Assembly: GCA_002633005.1 (NCBI GenBank)
Contig: NMRA01000128.1
Span: 520,850 to 584,849 of the forward strand
Length of the DNA stretch: 64,000 nt
Direction of reading: 5' to 3'
Source of the DNA: Phoronis australis
Lineage: Eukaryota > Animalia > Phoronida
The notes under the pieces are model-generated. The model was not told the origin of the DNA, did not search any database, and saw only the letters and a program-made list of their open reading frames with translations. The translations under genes were made by a program, and so were the position numbers. Positions 26,201 through 40,526 of this stretch are shown in pieces. The first letter of the stretch is position 1. Every line of letters starts with the position of its first letter.

Positions 26201-29200
26201 TTGGGTAACAAAAACGACAAATAAAATCAGCCTCTTAAACTCATGAAATCAGTCTCAGTAATCTTCCTTACCATAACGGAACTTGATTTTCTATACTAAC
26301 AACTATATCGAAATAATCAGAGATTCAAGAAAACACTTAATAACAGTTTATTAGAGATCGTCTTCCCAAAAATCTTAAAATTGAATGTTGCACGTGTATG
26401 CATTGTGTGTGACTTTAATTCCTGGCTCATTTGTCTGTGTAACAGAATGTCTGTACAGATCCAGTATAAGACCAGCCAAAGCTTCGACTAATTACAGGTC
26501 CAGAGTCTATTGGTCTTGACTTCTCTTTCCCTGGTTATGAGAACGTCTATGGTATACCTGAACATGCTGATTCTTTTGCTCTGAAAACAACAAAGTAAGT
26601 TATGTGATCTAAAGGTAGAATGTGTAACAGAGGTAATTGTGAGGGTTAGGCAGTTTATGAAAACAACATGTAAAAGTCAAGATTAATGTTATCTTTCTGC
26701 TTTAGAATTGGAGTCAGTATAGATGCGTGCAAGCTGTGGCCATCTTGTGTGAGAAACTTAATATTAAAACTCTGTGTATTATGTTTTCAAGTAATAACTT
26801 TATGAAGTTATTAGCATGAGTTTCTCATAAAAATTTTTGTTGGATCTGTCATTTCTTGTGCCAAGCGTCACTCATTTATTGTGATGTAGCTCAAAGCCTT
26901 GCTCTTTTTCCCACATTTTAAACTTATTGCAGATGTTCGCTTTATCATATAAAATACAAGTAGTTAAATTGTGGTACTGAGTGCTGGATGTCTTGTGTAT
27001 TTTGTTCTCGTACTTAACGTTTCAGTTGCCTGTGTTGCTTTGTTTTCTAGAAACACTGACCCATACAGGCTGTATAACTTGGATGTGTTTGAATATGAAC
27101 TCAACAACCCCATGGCTCTGTATGGTAGTGTACCGGTCATGCTGGCTCACAAGTGAGTAACCAACCTACTTCCTAGGCTATGAACTTTCCATGCCCAGAA
27201 CTCAAAAAGCCATTCAGTGCCTTGCATTCCACTAGGTCCTGAAAATTTAAATGAACAATTTTGTCTATGAATTCATGTGTTCAATAATCCAAACTGTTAA
27301 TATTTTCTTAATCAGCTTGACAAAAACTAACATTTTCACATCTTGTTTTAATCCACACACACAGTGGTATTATGACATTTGATCTGTATGGGCTGACCAC
27401 AACTATCCAACATATCCTTTTGTTTTTGTTTCCAGTGAGAAGAGAACGGTTGGCATGTTCTGGCACAATGCGGCCGAGACCTGGGTGGACATTACTGCTA
27501 ACTTTGCTGACAAGGTACTCTTCTTTAAGGTTGTCCAAATAGCATTTAGTAAAGGTGACCATTTCATTTGGAGAATATGATAGGTTGTCTCAGCTATTCA
27601 TGAGTCTCCTTCTTATGACTGCTGTTTGTTCCTTTTCTCAACATGTGCAAGTTCTAATTCTGTGTCAAACAGATGGCTACCTGTTTATTATGACTATATT
27701 CAATCAGTTTTTCGTTTGAGCAATCGCGTAATAAGAAGCTCAGATCTTTTTGTATGCTTCATCATTCAGGGTTCTGCAAGGAGTTGGAGATTAGATTTTC
27801 TGTGGCAAACTTGTTCTATTCAACCTGTAAATTGTAAATGACTTTGTAACTTGGAAAAGTCATGTTGAAATACATGTGACCTTATGTGACAGTTGGTTGT
27901 AATGTTGTTTATGAAAAATCAAAGAGTGTGTAGACAGGGTTTTAAGTTTGAAAACTTTATCAAAGATACAGATGAGCTTTATTCTGTTCCATTATTAAAT
28001 TTATTAAGAGTAAGATGTAGGAACCCATCGTTAAAGTAACAAATTTCTCATGTATTAATCTTTTGTGTTTTATTAAAAAACATTTGTGTTTTTATCCCTG
28101 TAGGGTATGTTCACCAAGTTGGTTGACTTTGTCAAAGGTGGTGATGAGATCCCTCAGGTGGACACACACTGGTTCTCAGAATGTGGCATCATAGACGTGT
28201 TCGTCATGTTGGGCCCGAAGCCATCTGATTTATTCCAACAGTACGCGGCACTCACGGGGACCACCCAGCTTCCTCCTGTGAGTAGAATGTAGTCTGTGGT
28301 AGTGTCCATGACAGTACAATGTGGCTGTGTTAAGAGACTTCTGTGTAGTTTTAACAAGGAGATTGATGTATTTCTACTAGTCTTGCTGAAATCCATTTTA
28401 CTTCACCATGTATTATAATTACAGCTCTTTTCGTTGGCATATCACCAGTGTCGCTGGAATTACAACGATCAAGAAGACGTGGCAGGGTAAGTGGTTAGAT
28501 GTACTTCCTGTAGACACAATGACTTAAGGCTCTCATGGTATCAAGCCGAGTCTGGAGAATTACAGTCATAGATTTCTCCATTTTATAGTAGAAGGTGCCT
28601 ACTTCCGTTATGTACAGTGCAGAGTTCATGAAGTACGTGACTGTGTCTAATATGTATTGACTTTCAGAGTTTACTGGATTTAATACACGATTGTGTCTAA
28701 TATTTATTGATGTACTTTCAGAGTTGACGCCAATTTTGATGAACATAATTTGCCTCTGGATGTGATTTGGTTGGACATTGAGCATGCTAAAGAAAGAGAG
28801 TATGTGGTTTCTTGTGTTCCCATTTTCATTTTGCCTAGTTCAACATTAATGCCAGTTTAAACTGACACAATCTATTCCTAGGCTCTGATAATAAATCCGA
28901 TTGCTATATAGTTAATGCAAACTCAGTGCAGTGCTCTTTGGGAAACTTGTTTTCTGAAGTGGTAATGAGATATCTTTTAAATATGGAGATGATGTCACCT
29001 TTATTAACTTAAAGGTACAAATCCCTTGTAATAATTGTGAAATGATGCAGTCAGCCCAACATTGAGTTTCCCCATGTTTTGTTTCTGCATCCACTTTGAC
29101 TGAGCAAACACCAATGACTAACTAGGTGTTAGATTGCCAGTCAGTCACACGGTTCACTCTTTAAAAGTTACTGATTATTATGATTATTAGTCTCTATTCT

Positions 29201-32200
29201 TCATGTCTCTACCTCAACATGCATGGTCAACAAAGGGGGGGGGGGCAGTAATTGTGTAGAAAAATGTCCCAAGGTAACTGGGTATTTGTAATTAAACAAA
29301 AACCCAAACTGTTGGGTTTCCATTCAGACTAATACCTGGGCTAAATATACAGAGCTTGGTAAACTATGCTTCAAATAAAATGCCAGCAGTTGATGCTGCA
29401 ATGGAGAACTGAAGTCAAATAGCAAGAGTGTTTCAGGGTAAAATTTGAATTGTAAATCAACCACTGGTTGTGCTGGACAATGTGAAATAGATGAGTGAAA
29501 CCAATTTGACAGTAAAGTGATGAAACGGTTTTAATTTTACCAATTTACAACAGTTGTTTTCCATTTCGTTTTACTCGCGGTCAACCTATATTGGCTTGTA
29601 GTATTATTGTCTGTACTGGGAGTTAGAATGCAGTCTAAGATCAAGGAGAAGCACAATGATTCTAGAGTCTATCTAACACATTGTTAATCAATTCACGGAT
29701 TTTGTTAAAAAGCAATTGGTGTAAGTTCATGGTTCTATCCGGTGTTAGTTTTATAGAAAGTTCACCTCTGCAAATATGAAGAATTTGAACACTTGTTCTG
29801 ACAACGATAAAACCACTACTAGGATGAAGCCAGGCTCTGTCTTTAAAATTTGTACCTGTACATCCCTAGATACTTCACATGGGATCCAGAGAAATTCCCT
29901 CGCCCTCAAGAAATGTTGGGTAATCTCTCTTCGAAAGGACGTAAGATGGTGACAATTGTTGACCCTCACCTGAAACGAGATGAGAATTTCCGTATACACA
30001 AGGAGTTCTCTGGTCTGGACTACTATGTCAAGAATAAAGATGGGAATGAGTATGATCAGTGGTGCTGGTCAGGTAAATTGCACATTTTAGAATTCTAAAA
30101 CTTTGAAAATTAATGGAGCATAATTATTGTACTGCAGTGTCAAATTGTTGATACTAAAGATAGCTTTTTTCAAATATTTTGGAAAATGCTAAGTTTTGAC
30201 CATGAAATTATGATTTTTTGAAATTGTTGGTGAGCATGAAAACCTGTTATGTGCATGAAGATAGTACCTGCATATCTGTAGTCACATTACTATTTCTTGC
30301 TTTGAAAATTGTGATTTACAGACATAACTGTAACTTGTACACGCAAAAACTTGAATCTGAACCTTAGAAAATGATGCTACTCTTTCACTCTATTAGCTAC
30401 AAAAAGCATTTCTGGGATGTTCCTTCCCCGAGTGCTGAGGTGTGAAAAATGACAACTTCTTTTCTCAGAATGCTGAAGTTATCATTTTTGAAAGGTGTTT
30501 TCTCGGGGAAAAGTTTTTAAAAGAAAATCCCAGACCCACTTTTGTAGCTACAATACTGAATAAACAAAATGCGCAATTTTTTAGTGAAGAGTATTATGTT
30601 GACCTCAAAAAAGTTATAGTGATCTAATGTAAAAACATGATTTAAAAAACCACATGCACATGACTACAAATGTTCGAACACTGTTTTAACAGTCACAAAA
30701 TCGGTGTCTTTGCTCATGAAGGGTTTTGAAAATAGATGATGTCTAGTTTCAAACTCCAACCTAGTTCCTCTCTGAGACTATTGACAATTTATTGATGAAT
30801 TTAATTTTGGTTCAGTTGTCTCTGTGTGTATATTTGATACTTAGTAATTATATTTTAGTCATTCTTTTTTCATGTCTGGATGAACTTTACTGTAATATAA
30901 GTTTTTTAATGCAAGGCTTATTGTTGTCTTATGACTTGACATGTTGTTTACTCCGTTTGCTTTATGTATGTTGTGCTTAATGTTGGTCTAACCATTGCAA
31001 AGATGTACAACAACCTAGTAACTATTCACGTTTATCACCAGGGTCATCTGGATGGCCGGACTTCACTCGACCAGAAGTTCGTGAGTACTGGGCCAAGAAA
31101 TTTGCACTAGATGATTACCAAGGGTCGACATTAGACCTCTTCACCTGGAATGACATGAACGAGCCGTCTGTGTTTAGTGGACCTGAGGTCACTATGCATA
31201 AGGATGTGCTCCATGCGAATGGTTGGGAACACCGTGATGTACATAATGTCTATGGCATGTACCAGCAGTGGGCCACAGCTAAAGGGCTTGTGGATCGGTC
31301 AGGTGGTCTGCTACGGCCATTTGTATTAACCAGGGCTGTATTTGCAGGAAGTCAGAGATTTGGTAAGTGGAGTGAATGTGCGTTTGACTATCAAAGCATG
31401 GTCCTTCCTTTGCAGTGACAGGTTAAGCCTTGAATGAATAAGTTGTGCGTGTCTTGTACCCTGTCTTGTACCCCTGTATTGGTAGACTGATAATTCTGGA
31501 ATATTTTATTTCTTCTGTGTTTTTTAACTTAATTATGAGGTCGTAGCTACATTAACATGAACTGTTTATATTTAGTAACTATTATTTACTAGTTTTCTAA
31601 TCCATGTATTGTTCGTGGAGCAGATTATTCTCTACTGTTTGTTCCAAAAGCCGGTGAAAATATTGAAATACTAGACTATACATAAAGTTGAATTATGTAT
31701 ATTCTATCTAGACTATAGACTAAGTTGGATAATGTATAATCAAAACTAAGTTGAATAATGTGTACTAGACTATAGATGTAATTGGATTTTGTGTATGCTA
31801 CTAGTTGTAGACTAAGTTTGATAATTTGTCAATCAGGTGCCATGTGGACTGGAGATAACACTGCTGAATGGTCGCATCTCAAGATATCCTTGCCCATGCT
31901 CCTCTCTCTCAATGTGGTGGGGATCACGTTCAGTGGTGCTGACGTNTAGCTACATTAACATGAACTGTTTATATTTAGTAACTATTATTTACTAGTTTTC
32001 TAATCCATGTATTGTTCGTGGAGCAGACTATTCTCTACTGTTTGTTCCAAAAGCCGGTGAAAATATTGAAATACTAGACTATACATAAAGTTGAATGATG
32101 TATATTCTATCTAGACTATAGACTAAGTTGGATAATGTATATAAAAAAAATAATTGCAGGCAGTCTGATACACGTTGTATCAGACGTGCGCAGGCCTCGC

Positions 32201-35200
32201 ATGTGGGCCCATTGCACTGCTCACCTGGAAATATTTTTATGCTTTATTGATATATGGTTAAAACTGAGCTGAGGAGCTAGAAACCTGGCTCAAGGGTTTA
32301 GCAGTGTGACCTGGGGACTTGAACCCACAGTCTCGAGTAAAGAAAGCGGGCACTTGTCAACCAGGCCACACTGCCTCCTCTTTGGATAATGTATAATCAA
32401 AACTAAGTTGAATAATGTGTACTAGACTATAGATGTAATTGGATTTTGTGTATGCTACTAGTTGTAGACTAAGTTTGATAATTTGTCAATCAGGTGCCAT
32501 GTGGACTGGAGATAACACTGCTGAATGGTCGCATCTCAAGATATCCTTGCCCATGCTCCTCTCTCTCAATGTGGTGGGGATCACGTTCAGTGGTGCTGAC
32601 GTTGGCGGCTTCTTTAAGAACCCTGACAACAATCTTCTGACCAGGTGGTACCAGGTAGGGTCTTATAACAATCTCACAGTAACTGGCTGTGATTTTGATA
32701 CTGACATTGGCTAATAGATATGGATACTGCAGGGTTCTTGACTGTCACAAATTTACCCTTATTCTATATACTTTTAGGACATAAAAAGTTGCCGTGTATG
32801 GCATTTATTATTTTAGGTATTCTTAGCAATTATTTTTCTTTACAATCAGTTCAACTAACTTCAGAAAATCAAAAGTTGTTGAATTCGAATTTTTATTAGG
32901 CTCATTTGTGTTGCTGATTGTTAAACTGATTGGCTTTCATTTCTGTAGGCTGGTGCTTACCAACCGTTCTTCAGGGCGCATGCTCACTTGGAGACGAGAC
33001 GACGAGAGCCATACCTGCTCCCGAAAGAGAATCTAGATATTGTACGCGAAGCCCTACGTGCACGCTACCGCCTGCTCCCCTATTGGTACACATTGGCGTA
33101 TGAGAACGAGGTCACTGCAATGCCCATGATGCGACCTCTCTGGGTGGAGTATCCTTCTGACAAATACATCTTCAAGGAGGAAGACTCATATATGCTTGGT
33201 AGGAAATGTTGAGGTTTATGTTAACTGTTGGATTATGTGTATAGTTTGGTGATGTGTTTTTCCTGTAAGTCACTCCTTGAATGTAGTCTAAGAGTCTTAT
33301 TTTGTTATCTCAGGGTCATCAATGTTAGTTCACCCTGTGACTGAAGATGGAGTCTCTAGTGTCGATGTCTACTTCCCTGGTGGAGTAACACAGGTCTGTA
33401 CTGCTTGGAAGTCATGTAAAGTTTCTTTAACCCTCCCCCCCTCCCCGCCTTGGTTCCCCTTTCTTGGTCGATGAGTGCATAAAACAAAATTAGCATTTTG
33501 CCATGTTTTGTGCACTGACTGACAATAAATTTCAGTTGGACGTTTATCTGTCCTCTTTACATGTAGTAAACTGTCATGGGTAAATATGTAAACATGATTA
33601 TGTTTAACTATCCAGGTTTATTTTTTACATGGGTGATGTTAGTAGCCCACATTCTATTTTCTTTTCTGTGCAATAACTGTCATGTGACCTTACAATAACA
33701 TTTTGGGTTATTGAACAGCCACTGTTGTTGCACAAAAGTATCAAGATTTATTTGTTGCAAATTGTAATAAACTGCTCATAAGTCTAAATCTTTGTTAACA
33801 TCACTTTATGTTGCCGTGATGTCAGTAATATTGGTGTTACGACTGTTTGTGGTGGTTATCATGTGTTTTTTTGTTTACAATTACACTTCAGGTGTGGTAT
33901 GACTCGGACACCTTCATGAAGTTCCCAGGTGGGAACACCTTCAGCATTCCTACTCCTCTCAATAAGGTGAGTGAGGAGTACATGTTGTTGTCAGTTGAAA
34001 TGTTGGACTTGAAAGTTTATGCAAAGCTTAAATGCTTATTTGGTTCCTTGTCAGAGATTTTGTCCTAAGCTGATGCAGTACTGCTATTTTTATTTAAAGT
34101 TCAACATTTTCACTGAAATCGGATGAAATGATGCAGTGATATAGATTTGTAGGTGTTTTATTTTTAATATGCTGTGTGCACAGAGCTGAACCACAAGTAT
34201 TTGCCCTGAAAGTTATAAATTGCGCTGAGTTTTGTTTCATGTTCTAGTCTGACGACAGCCAATTGCGCCTTATTTGCCAGTACTTTTGATACTACTTCTA
34301 CAATCCTCTTGTATTTCTGTGCTGAGGAAGTTCCATGCAAATAGTCCATATGTCCATTATTTTTTAAGGTGCCTGTGTTTTATCGCGGCGGCTACATTGT
34401 GCCCCGTAAGGAAAGAGTTCGCCGTTCATCATCACTCACCTGGAATGACCCTCATTCTCTTATTGTGGCCCTGGATGATAAGGTACTCTCTAATATTACT
34501 GTGAGATTAAAACTTATTAATTAAATTAGTGTTCTTAATGTAATTGTTCAAAAACAAGTTTTACCAGAACGAAATTAAGTGGAAGTATTCTGGCTTGCAT
34601 AACTGTAATCTCTCATAGACACGTGTAAATTTCACACATCACAAGAGTACGGATATCATTGTTTCATTGGTCTAAGGGTTTTGCTGTACGACTTTATGAA
34701 TTAATGCAAGTTCATACACAGTGCATATTAGTTGAAGACTACAGATCATTGGAGTATTAATGAGGCTGAACAAAATGTTCTTGAGAAAATATACACACAC
34801 ACATAATGAGCATACCTAGATTTTTTATTCGATCCACTGAGGATTTTATTGCCTTATTATCATTCCTCTAACAGATTATTCTCTTACCCAAAACCACTAA
34901 TCCGTACCAGTTTCGTGTACACCATTTTTATAAAGAATAATCAAACTTACTAAACATATTGGAGAGTTAGAAAGACTAACTTTTGCTTTTGACCACTTCA
35001 AAATAATTACAAAATTGATCTCCGAATTTTATGATCCGAAAGAATTGGCTGTTTGTGTTGGCTTGAAATGAGGCTTGTTAGCTTGTCACATCGGGTCATT
35101 TTAGGCACTAAGCATGGTCTCGACATGTAATTTTTTTCCAAATCCAGAAACCTGTTCTCATCCAAGGTAGGAATAAGTCGCGACCAGTTTTGTAATGATA

Positions 35201-38200
35201 AGTTGTCTAAATGAAGATTTGCTGACAGAACATAGGTTTGTAGACACTTCTTAAACCTTATAGCTATCTATTACCAGTGGTGTTCGTTTATGGTTTAAAA
35301 GAGCATTCAAAGTCCCTTTAGTATTCACAGGTTACTAGTTAAAACTTTTCTATGTGATTTTATGTAAAGTATGTGATTTGATTGCTACACAGGGTGAAGC
35401 TGGTGGTCAGCTGTATATGGACGACTATCACACGCTCAAGTATAAGAATGGAGAATACGCTTACAGACAATTCACATTTAAAGATGGCTCATTACATAAT
35501 AAGTAAGTGGACTGTCATTCAAACTGTTGTGCACTTTTGGAACAACGATGCATTTCAGCAATTACAATTAATTTCTCCAGGTCATTAACAGAGCCTTATC
35601 TACCCTAAAATATACACCTCCCCAGGTCACTTTGGTTGGAACTGCCTTGTTTGTTGCCAGTATTTAAATGTCTTTTTGCAGATTTAGGAAAACCAGTAGT
35701 AAACTGCCAATCTGGTCTTTTTGCGCTTATCATTTGTGTAGATGTAGTGTTTCCGACCCTTTCTGGACTAATTGTTGGTTGTTTGTGACAAACCAAGTGT
35801 CATTAGTAAGGTTAATGCCTAGCAGATTAAGTAAACCACAATATTCAGTCAGACATTGTGCGTGTGGATGCATGTGTTTCTTTTTGCTACTTTTCTTTAG
35901 AGAACTATTATAACCTTTCATTTGCTGATTTATAAAACATTTACTGATTATGTCATTACATTCTGTATTCAAAAGGTCAGTGTTTTACTTTTAGTTTTAT
36001 TTTCCTAAACTGCGTGACAGAAGCATGTTCAAGGGTTTGCGATAGTATCTATGTTAACTGAGTGATCATTTCTGTTATTTCGTGGCATTTAGAGAACTGA
36101 ATTGTTGCTACCAACTTAAGTATAGATCAGAATCAACTTTTCCTGGAACAAAAGAGACAAAAAAGTTGATGCTGGTTCAGAATACATGAATACTGTTAGA
36201 TCAAACCTTAAACAAAACTTGTCTAAATAAGAAGCTGTTAACATAAGACACAAATGCAAATATGTTTATGGCTTGCAGTGGTGTTCTAATAGGTTATAAT
36301 TTGCCTTTCCAGAAATGCTAACCCAACGGGTAACTTTAAGACGAGGTCATGGTTAGAGAGAGTTACCATTCTGGGTCTGCAGAAGCCACCAACAAAAGTA
36401 CAAGTTACAGGTAAGTCTGGATTGCACTGGTTCCAGGAAAGACCCTTATGCTCAATTTTGGAGCCATTTGGTCACTCATTCAGTATTAACATGATTGTAA
36501 ACTCCAAAAAAATATTTTTTTATAAATGCCTCCTTTGATATCTTAACTTTGACTTGGTCTTTTATATGAATTGAAATAAATTCAAAGACATGGTTTTTAG
36601 AGGTTATTCACCAACCACTTTCTTCCGTCTTTCTCTTCTATTTCTGTCAATGGTTTAGCTCCGCCCAATGACCAAATTACATGTTCTGGAATTTCTGCGA
36701 TCGACTGAGCACTACCGAGCATTTTAAGGTTACCGCCATTTTTGTAAAAGTCAACATTCATTCATACATGAGACTTGTGGATCAAATCTGAAATAAACTA
36801 AAATGTAAGTAATGGCCTAATTCAACTAGAGTTTATATTTGCGAGCATAACAGGCAGAGGCTATGATTTATTGCATCAGTGAACACGCTGAATGATGAAT
36901 GCATTGGGCTTGGCAGTGTATTTCACATCTCCTAGGGATCCAGGTAAATTGCACGCCAAATATGGATTTATATCTACCGTCAGACATTAGTTATGGAAAC
37001 CAGAATCAACACGATACTCGGTTGGTAAACTGATATTTCCGTCTCCAGTAAGACCCGTTGAGTGAATTATGATCAGACCCTCAAGTGTCTCTGATAAAAT
37101 GAATGAAAGTTCACAGTTTTGTGAACTTGCTTTTTACAAGAAAGGGAACCAAGAGACAGGGTTATAATTTTATTTCAAAACATGAAAGTGGTTCAAAGTA
37201 GCAACATAAAATCATGGCTAAATCTGACCCCTGAGCTCGGTCATTTCTCGACCCACCGCGCAGCACAATTCTCTCAGGTTTTCTTTCAGTGCCCTTATTG
37301 CCCTTTGGAAATTCTCCGTGTAATCTTTATTTCATTTACACCACGTTTACATGGTACCAGCCCTTGATAAATCTGCATTGACCTAGTTCAGCTAAATGAC
37401 ATACAAACTCCGCCCATGTGATTCTGAGCATTCGGGCAGACTCAGTTAGGTCGCTAAAACTGAACAATTATTACTAAATTTCTGCATTGCACAATACACA
37501 AATTCATCATATGTTGAAGTTATAAATACCCCTACTCAAGTAACTGAAAATTACTAGCTCTCATTGTGAAGAAACTCCTGAAAGTTCTGATATGATGCCA
37601 AATAGGCACTTCTCGATCACCGCCGTGCGTTATTGCCGTTTTCTGGCATTGTGATTTTGAACATTATTTCAATTTTTGAACATTGATGTCTTGGAGATGC
37701 ATGAATGGATTGCTATGAAATTTTGAATATATGCAATTTGATACCTCTAGATTTAGATCCTAGTTTTTCAGAACAAAGCCTGGGTATGGACGTATTTGCT
37801 CAAAATGCTCTAAAAAGTGGATAATTAAAAAAACTAAGACCTATTTAAAAAATCTGAGACATGGATCTCTCAAAAATGTTGTTATCAACATGTTTACAAA
37901 AGACCAATATGGAGGAACAATCTGTTCAAAGTAAAAAAAATTAATACTAAAAATGCATATTTTGTGAAAAAAGTAAAGACAAGTAAATATGAATGATAAA
38001 TTCTATTGGGAAATTTATCCACCTCCTAGAAAATATTCTGTAGGGGTTACAGCTAACAGAATTTAAGATATTTGCACACGAGTACAACCTAGTAAACAAG
38101 GTTTACACTTTAATGCCTGAGTTGTAATTAGAATATATGGGTTCTGGTCACTTTCAAGAGATTTTGTCTAAAGTGGGAGTTCAGTATGTTTTTTGAAATT

Positions 38201-38535
38201 GTTTTTTTATTCTGGATTTACCCCTGAAAATAACTCTATGTACAATTTTATTGTACATGGTATGTAGTAGTATGCAGTTCAGCTGTAATGTAAAAGGAAA
38301 ATGCCAATATTCAGGTTTAGTGCATAATTTATATAATATTCAGGTTTAGTGCATAATTTATATTCGTGGAGAATTGGCTGTGGGTCTGTATTCAATTTTA
38401 ACAGTGTTTTTTTGTTGTATTTCAGGTGGTGAAATAAAAGAGCTTTCATTTTCGTATGATGCAAATTTGAAGTGTTTAGTTATACGTAAACCTGGAGTTA
38501 ACATGGCGGAAGACTGGATCATCACACTTGTTTAG
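17287..38535 (+). CDS. GANAB: Neutral alpha-glucosidase AB (ER glucosidase II alpha subunit, GH31), about 944 aa, 22 coding exons
   Basis: Exons: 17287-17303, 20415-20522, 22375-22623, 22787-22954, 24489-24549, 25185-25302, 26498-26594, 27051-27152, 27436-27514, 28104-28277, 28425-28486, 28722-28799, 29870-30072, 31042-31362, 32494-32654, 32949-33198, 33314-33393, 33892-33966, 34369-34482, 35393-35502, 36313-36410, 38426-38535 (sum 2835 nt, in frame). Signal-peptide-like stretch then [19 protein letters not shown]; YGIPEHA; [13 protein letters not shown]; HQCRWNY; WLDIEH; catalytic [10 protein letters not shown] and WTGDN; GADVGGFF; PFFRAHAH; RREP; C-terminus [17 protein letters not shown]. 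Confidence 0.95.
22095..22330. mobile_element. MITE with long TIRs (GGGCC termini, PIF/Harbinger-like) in GANAB intron 2
   Basis: gggcctcttccaagaaaactgacttag ... cttaagtcagtttcttggaacgggccc are inverted complements; internal cttaag repeats. Confidence 0.6.
31544..31945 (+). other. Duplicated segment including a partial copy of GANAB exon 15, abutting an N; probable uncollapsed haplotype
   Basis: 31544-31945 matches 31947-32602 apart from about 2 substitutions and a 240-bp insert; a single n lies at 31946; the exon copy 31837-31945 breaks off at GADV. Confidence 0.85.
32142..32381 (-). mobile_element. tRNA-derived SINE with 14-bp target-site duplication
   Basis: TSD ttggataatgtata at 32128-32141 and 32382-32395. 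On -, the head ggaggcagtgTGGCCTGGTTGA...GGTTCAAGTCC carries Pol III A- and B-box-like motifs and the 3' end is T-rich. The insert is absent from the duplicate copy at about 31725. Confidence 0.85.
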
Positions 38536-40469
38536 TGGTTCATTTTTTGATATCAACTTCATTGAGATATTTGTTAGAATTTGTATACAGTAGAACAATT
38601 CGGCTCACCACATCAATAAATCATCTCAATCCTGTGAGACTTTCTTGTAACTATGGTAACTGGACATATGAGAACCATAACTCATATTATACCCCGCCAT
38701 AAAGCAGAATGACTTCATTTCCATGCTGTTTATCTACTGTATATTCTTGCTCCAAATTGTCTATTCCTAAAAGTTACAGTGTGTCACTACATCCCAGACT
38801 GTGCAGTACAACTATCTCTCCTACAAGATCAGGGCAGCGTTCAGTTGACCCAAGACACTAGCAAGAAAGCTAGTGCAATCACATGCTTCTGCTGTAATGC
38901 ATAGTGATATCTCACGACTTGCGTGAAATTGAGCTTTCATGAGTTTCTTTTGTCTAAGGACCGCAGCCCAGATTGTCGGTCTCATGTGAATGGCCACTTG
39001 TCTCCGCATTTCCAAAATCTCTCATTGAGAAATGACATAACGAATTTGTTTGTTATTTTTCTTGCTATTTTGTTGGTTACACTATATTCAACTGGTCACA
39101 ATCTTAAGTCTGGAAGAAGTGCTATTTTTGATATGTACCTAAAAATAACTTGGCTGTGTATTTTGTTTTTGTTGCTGATCCATCATCTTATTGTGTATAA
39201 GTAGATCCTCTGTGACGGATTGTTCCAAGTGACACTACTACTATGTAACTGCAGCCAGAATAGTGTTGGTGCACTAACTACACAGTGTTCTGTGCGCTCA
39301 TCTTCACCTCTTCACCTTGCTGTTTCTGTCAGTGATGTGTGTACAGCCCTTGTCTCAGAGTCCTTACCTAGTCCTTACACATTACTTGTACAGTTAATCA
39401 TGTTAATGATGATGTCTAGAGTTTTGTGTCCATTATCAAAAAACTGACAAAGTAGATAAAGATAACTTTTGAACAAAAGGTGCTGTCTAGCATCCCTGTC
39501 CTTTACCACCACAAGTCATCAACAGTTCTTATCTTCATCAATAGATGGCACACCTGGTGGTAAATTGATGTTGATAATCTGGTATTTATTGAGCTCTGAC
39601 ATCTGGTTCTTGACTGGTGGAGCACATAAAGCATGCGCTTACTACACCAGGCTCAGTCTTAATAGTCTGGATTTGTGAATTGATACCAAATTGCTTTCCA
39701 ATATGGACATCGCAAGTCAGCATTTGTTTGCCAAAAAGTGTCATTTCACTTTGTCAATCATGTGAATATTTGTATAATCCTGTCAAATTATTTTAAATGT
39801 GCTGCTGTTCATATAAGACCTGTACAGTGCTGCTACTTAAGTATGTTCGGAAGAGTTAAGATTATTGTGCAATTTTTCTTATGATGTCTGTATGGCCTCG
39901 TCATGTTGGGTTTATCCTTGCCTTCACCTGCAATACTGCTCCTTTTTCTTAGTTTTTGTGGGGTCTCTTTAAGGTTAATAATGGTTGGTTGTTGTGTTGT
40001 AGTTTTTTATTTACATTGTTTCTCTGTATCAGTAACAAGTTGCTCACATTGAAAAAAGCCTGTGTTCTCATTTAGTAGTGTTATGTCACTGCTGGTTGAG
40101 GTACACAGTGGCGGTTTGTTATGAGCACTGTGTGTGCAAGAGATCACATGCACAACAGTGACTCCTATTGTTCACTCGCGCATTACTGTGCTGTAAAAGT
40201 TCTTTGATTTTAATCACAGTTTAATGGTTCCTTGATTTTTGTTGGTTTGGTCTAGAAACTGATTTTTTCCTGAAACGTTGTGGATCCTGAATTATAGATT
40301 AAATGAATTAAGCATTTTTACCTTATTATTCGTGGTAAATGTTTTCTTGTGCAAGTTGATTTCGTATATTATGTTTGAGGGGGAAAGTTTTATCTTCCAG
40401 CTTTTTCATACACCTACTGAAAATGTTGACCAAAATGTCTGATTGGCGCTATTGTAGCCTGATGAATGA

Positions 40470-40526
40470 TTGAGAAATGGGCCACTGACAGTCAAACTTG
40501 AGAAATGGGCCACTGACAGTCAAACT
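40470..40526. repeat. Two-copy tandem duplication of about 28 bp
   Basis: ttgagaaatgggccactgacagtcaaac occurs twice in tandem. Confidence 0.8.

Noticed and set aside
31837-31945. Mutually exclusive duplicated GANAB exon
   Set aside because: Identical to exon 15 and truncated at an N; best explained as a haplotype assembly artefact.
32290-32381. Possible tRNA gene on the minus strand
   Set aside because: Has A/B-box-like motifs but no convincing cloverleaf, and lies inside a TSD-flanked insert, so it is a SINE head.
36460-38200. Possible large DNA transposon in the last GANAB intron
   Set aside because: Could not identify matching TIRs, a TSD or coding relics by eye.
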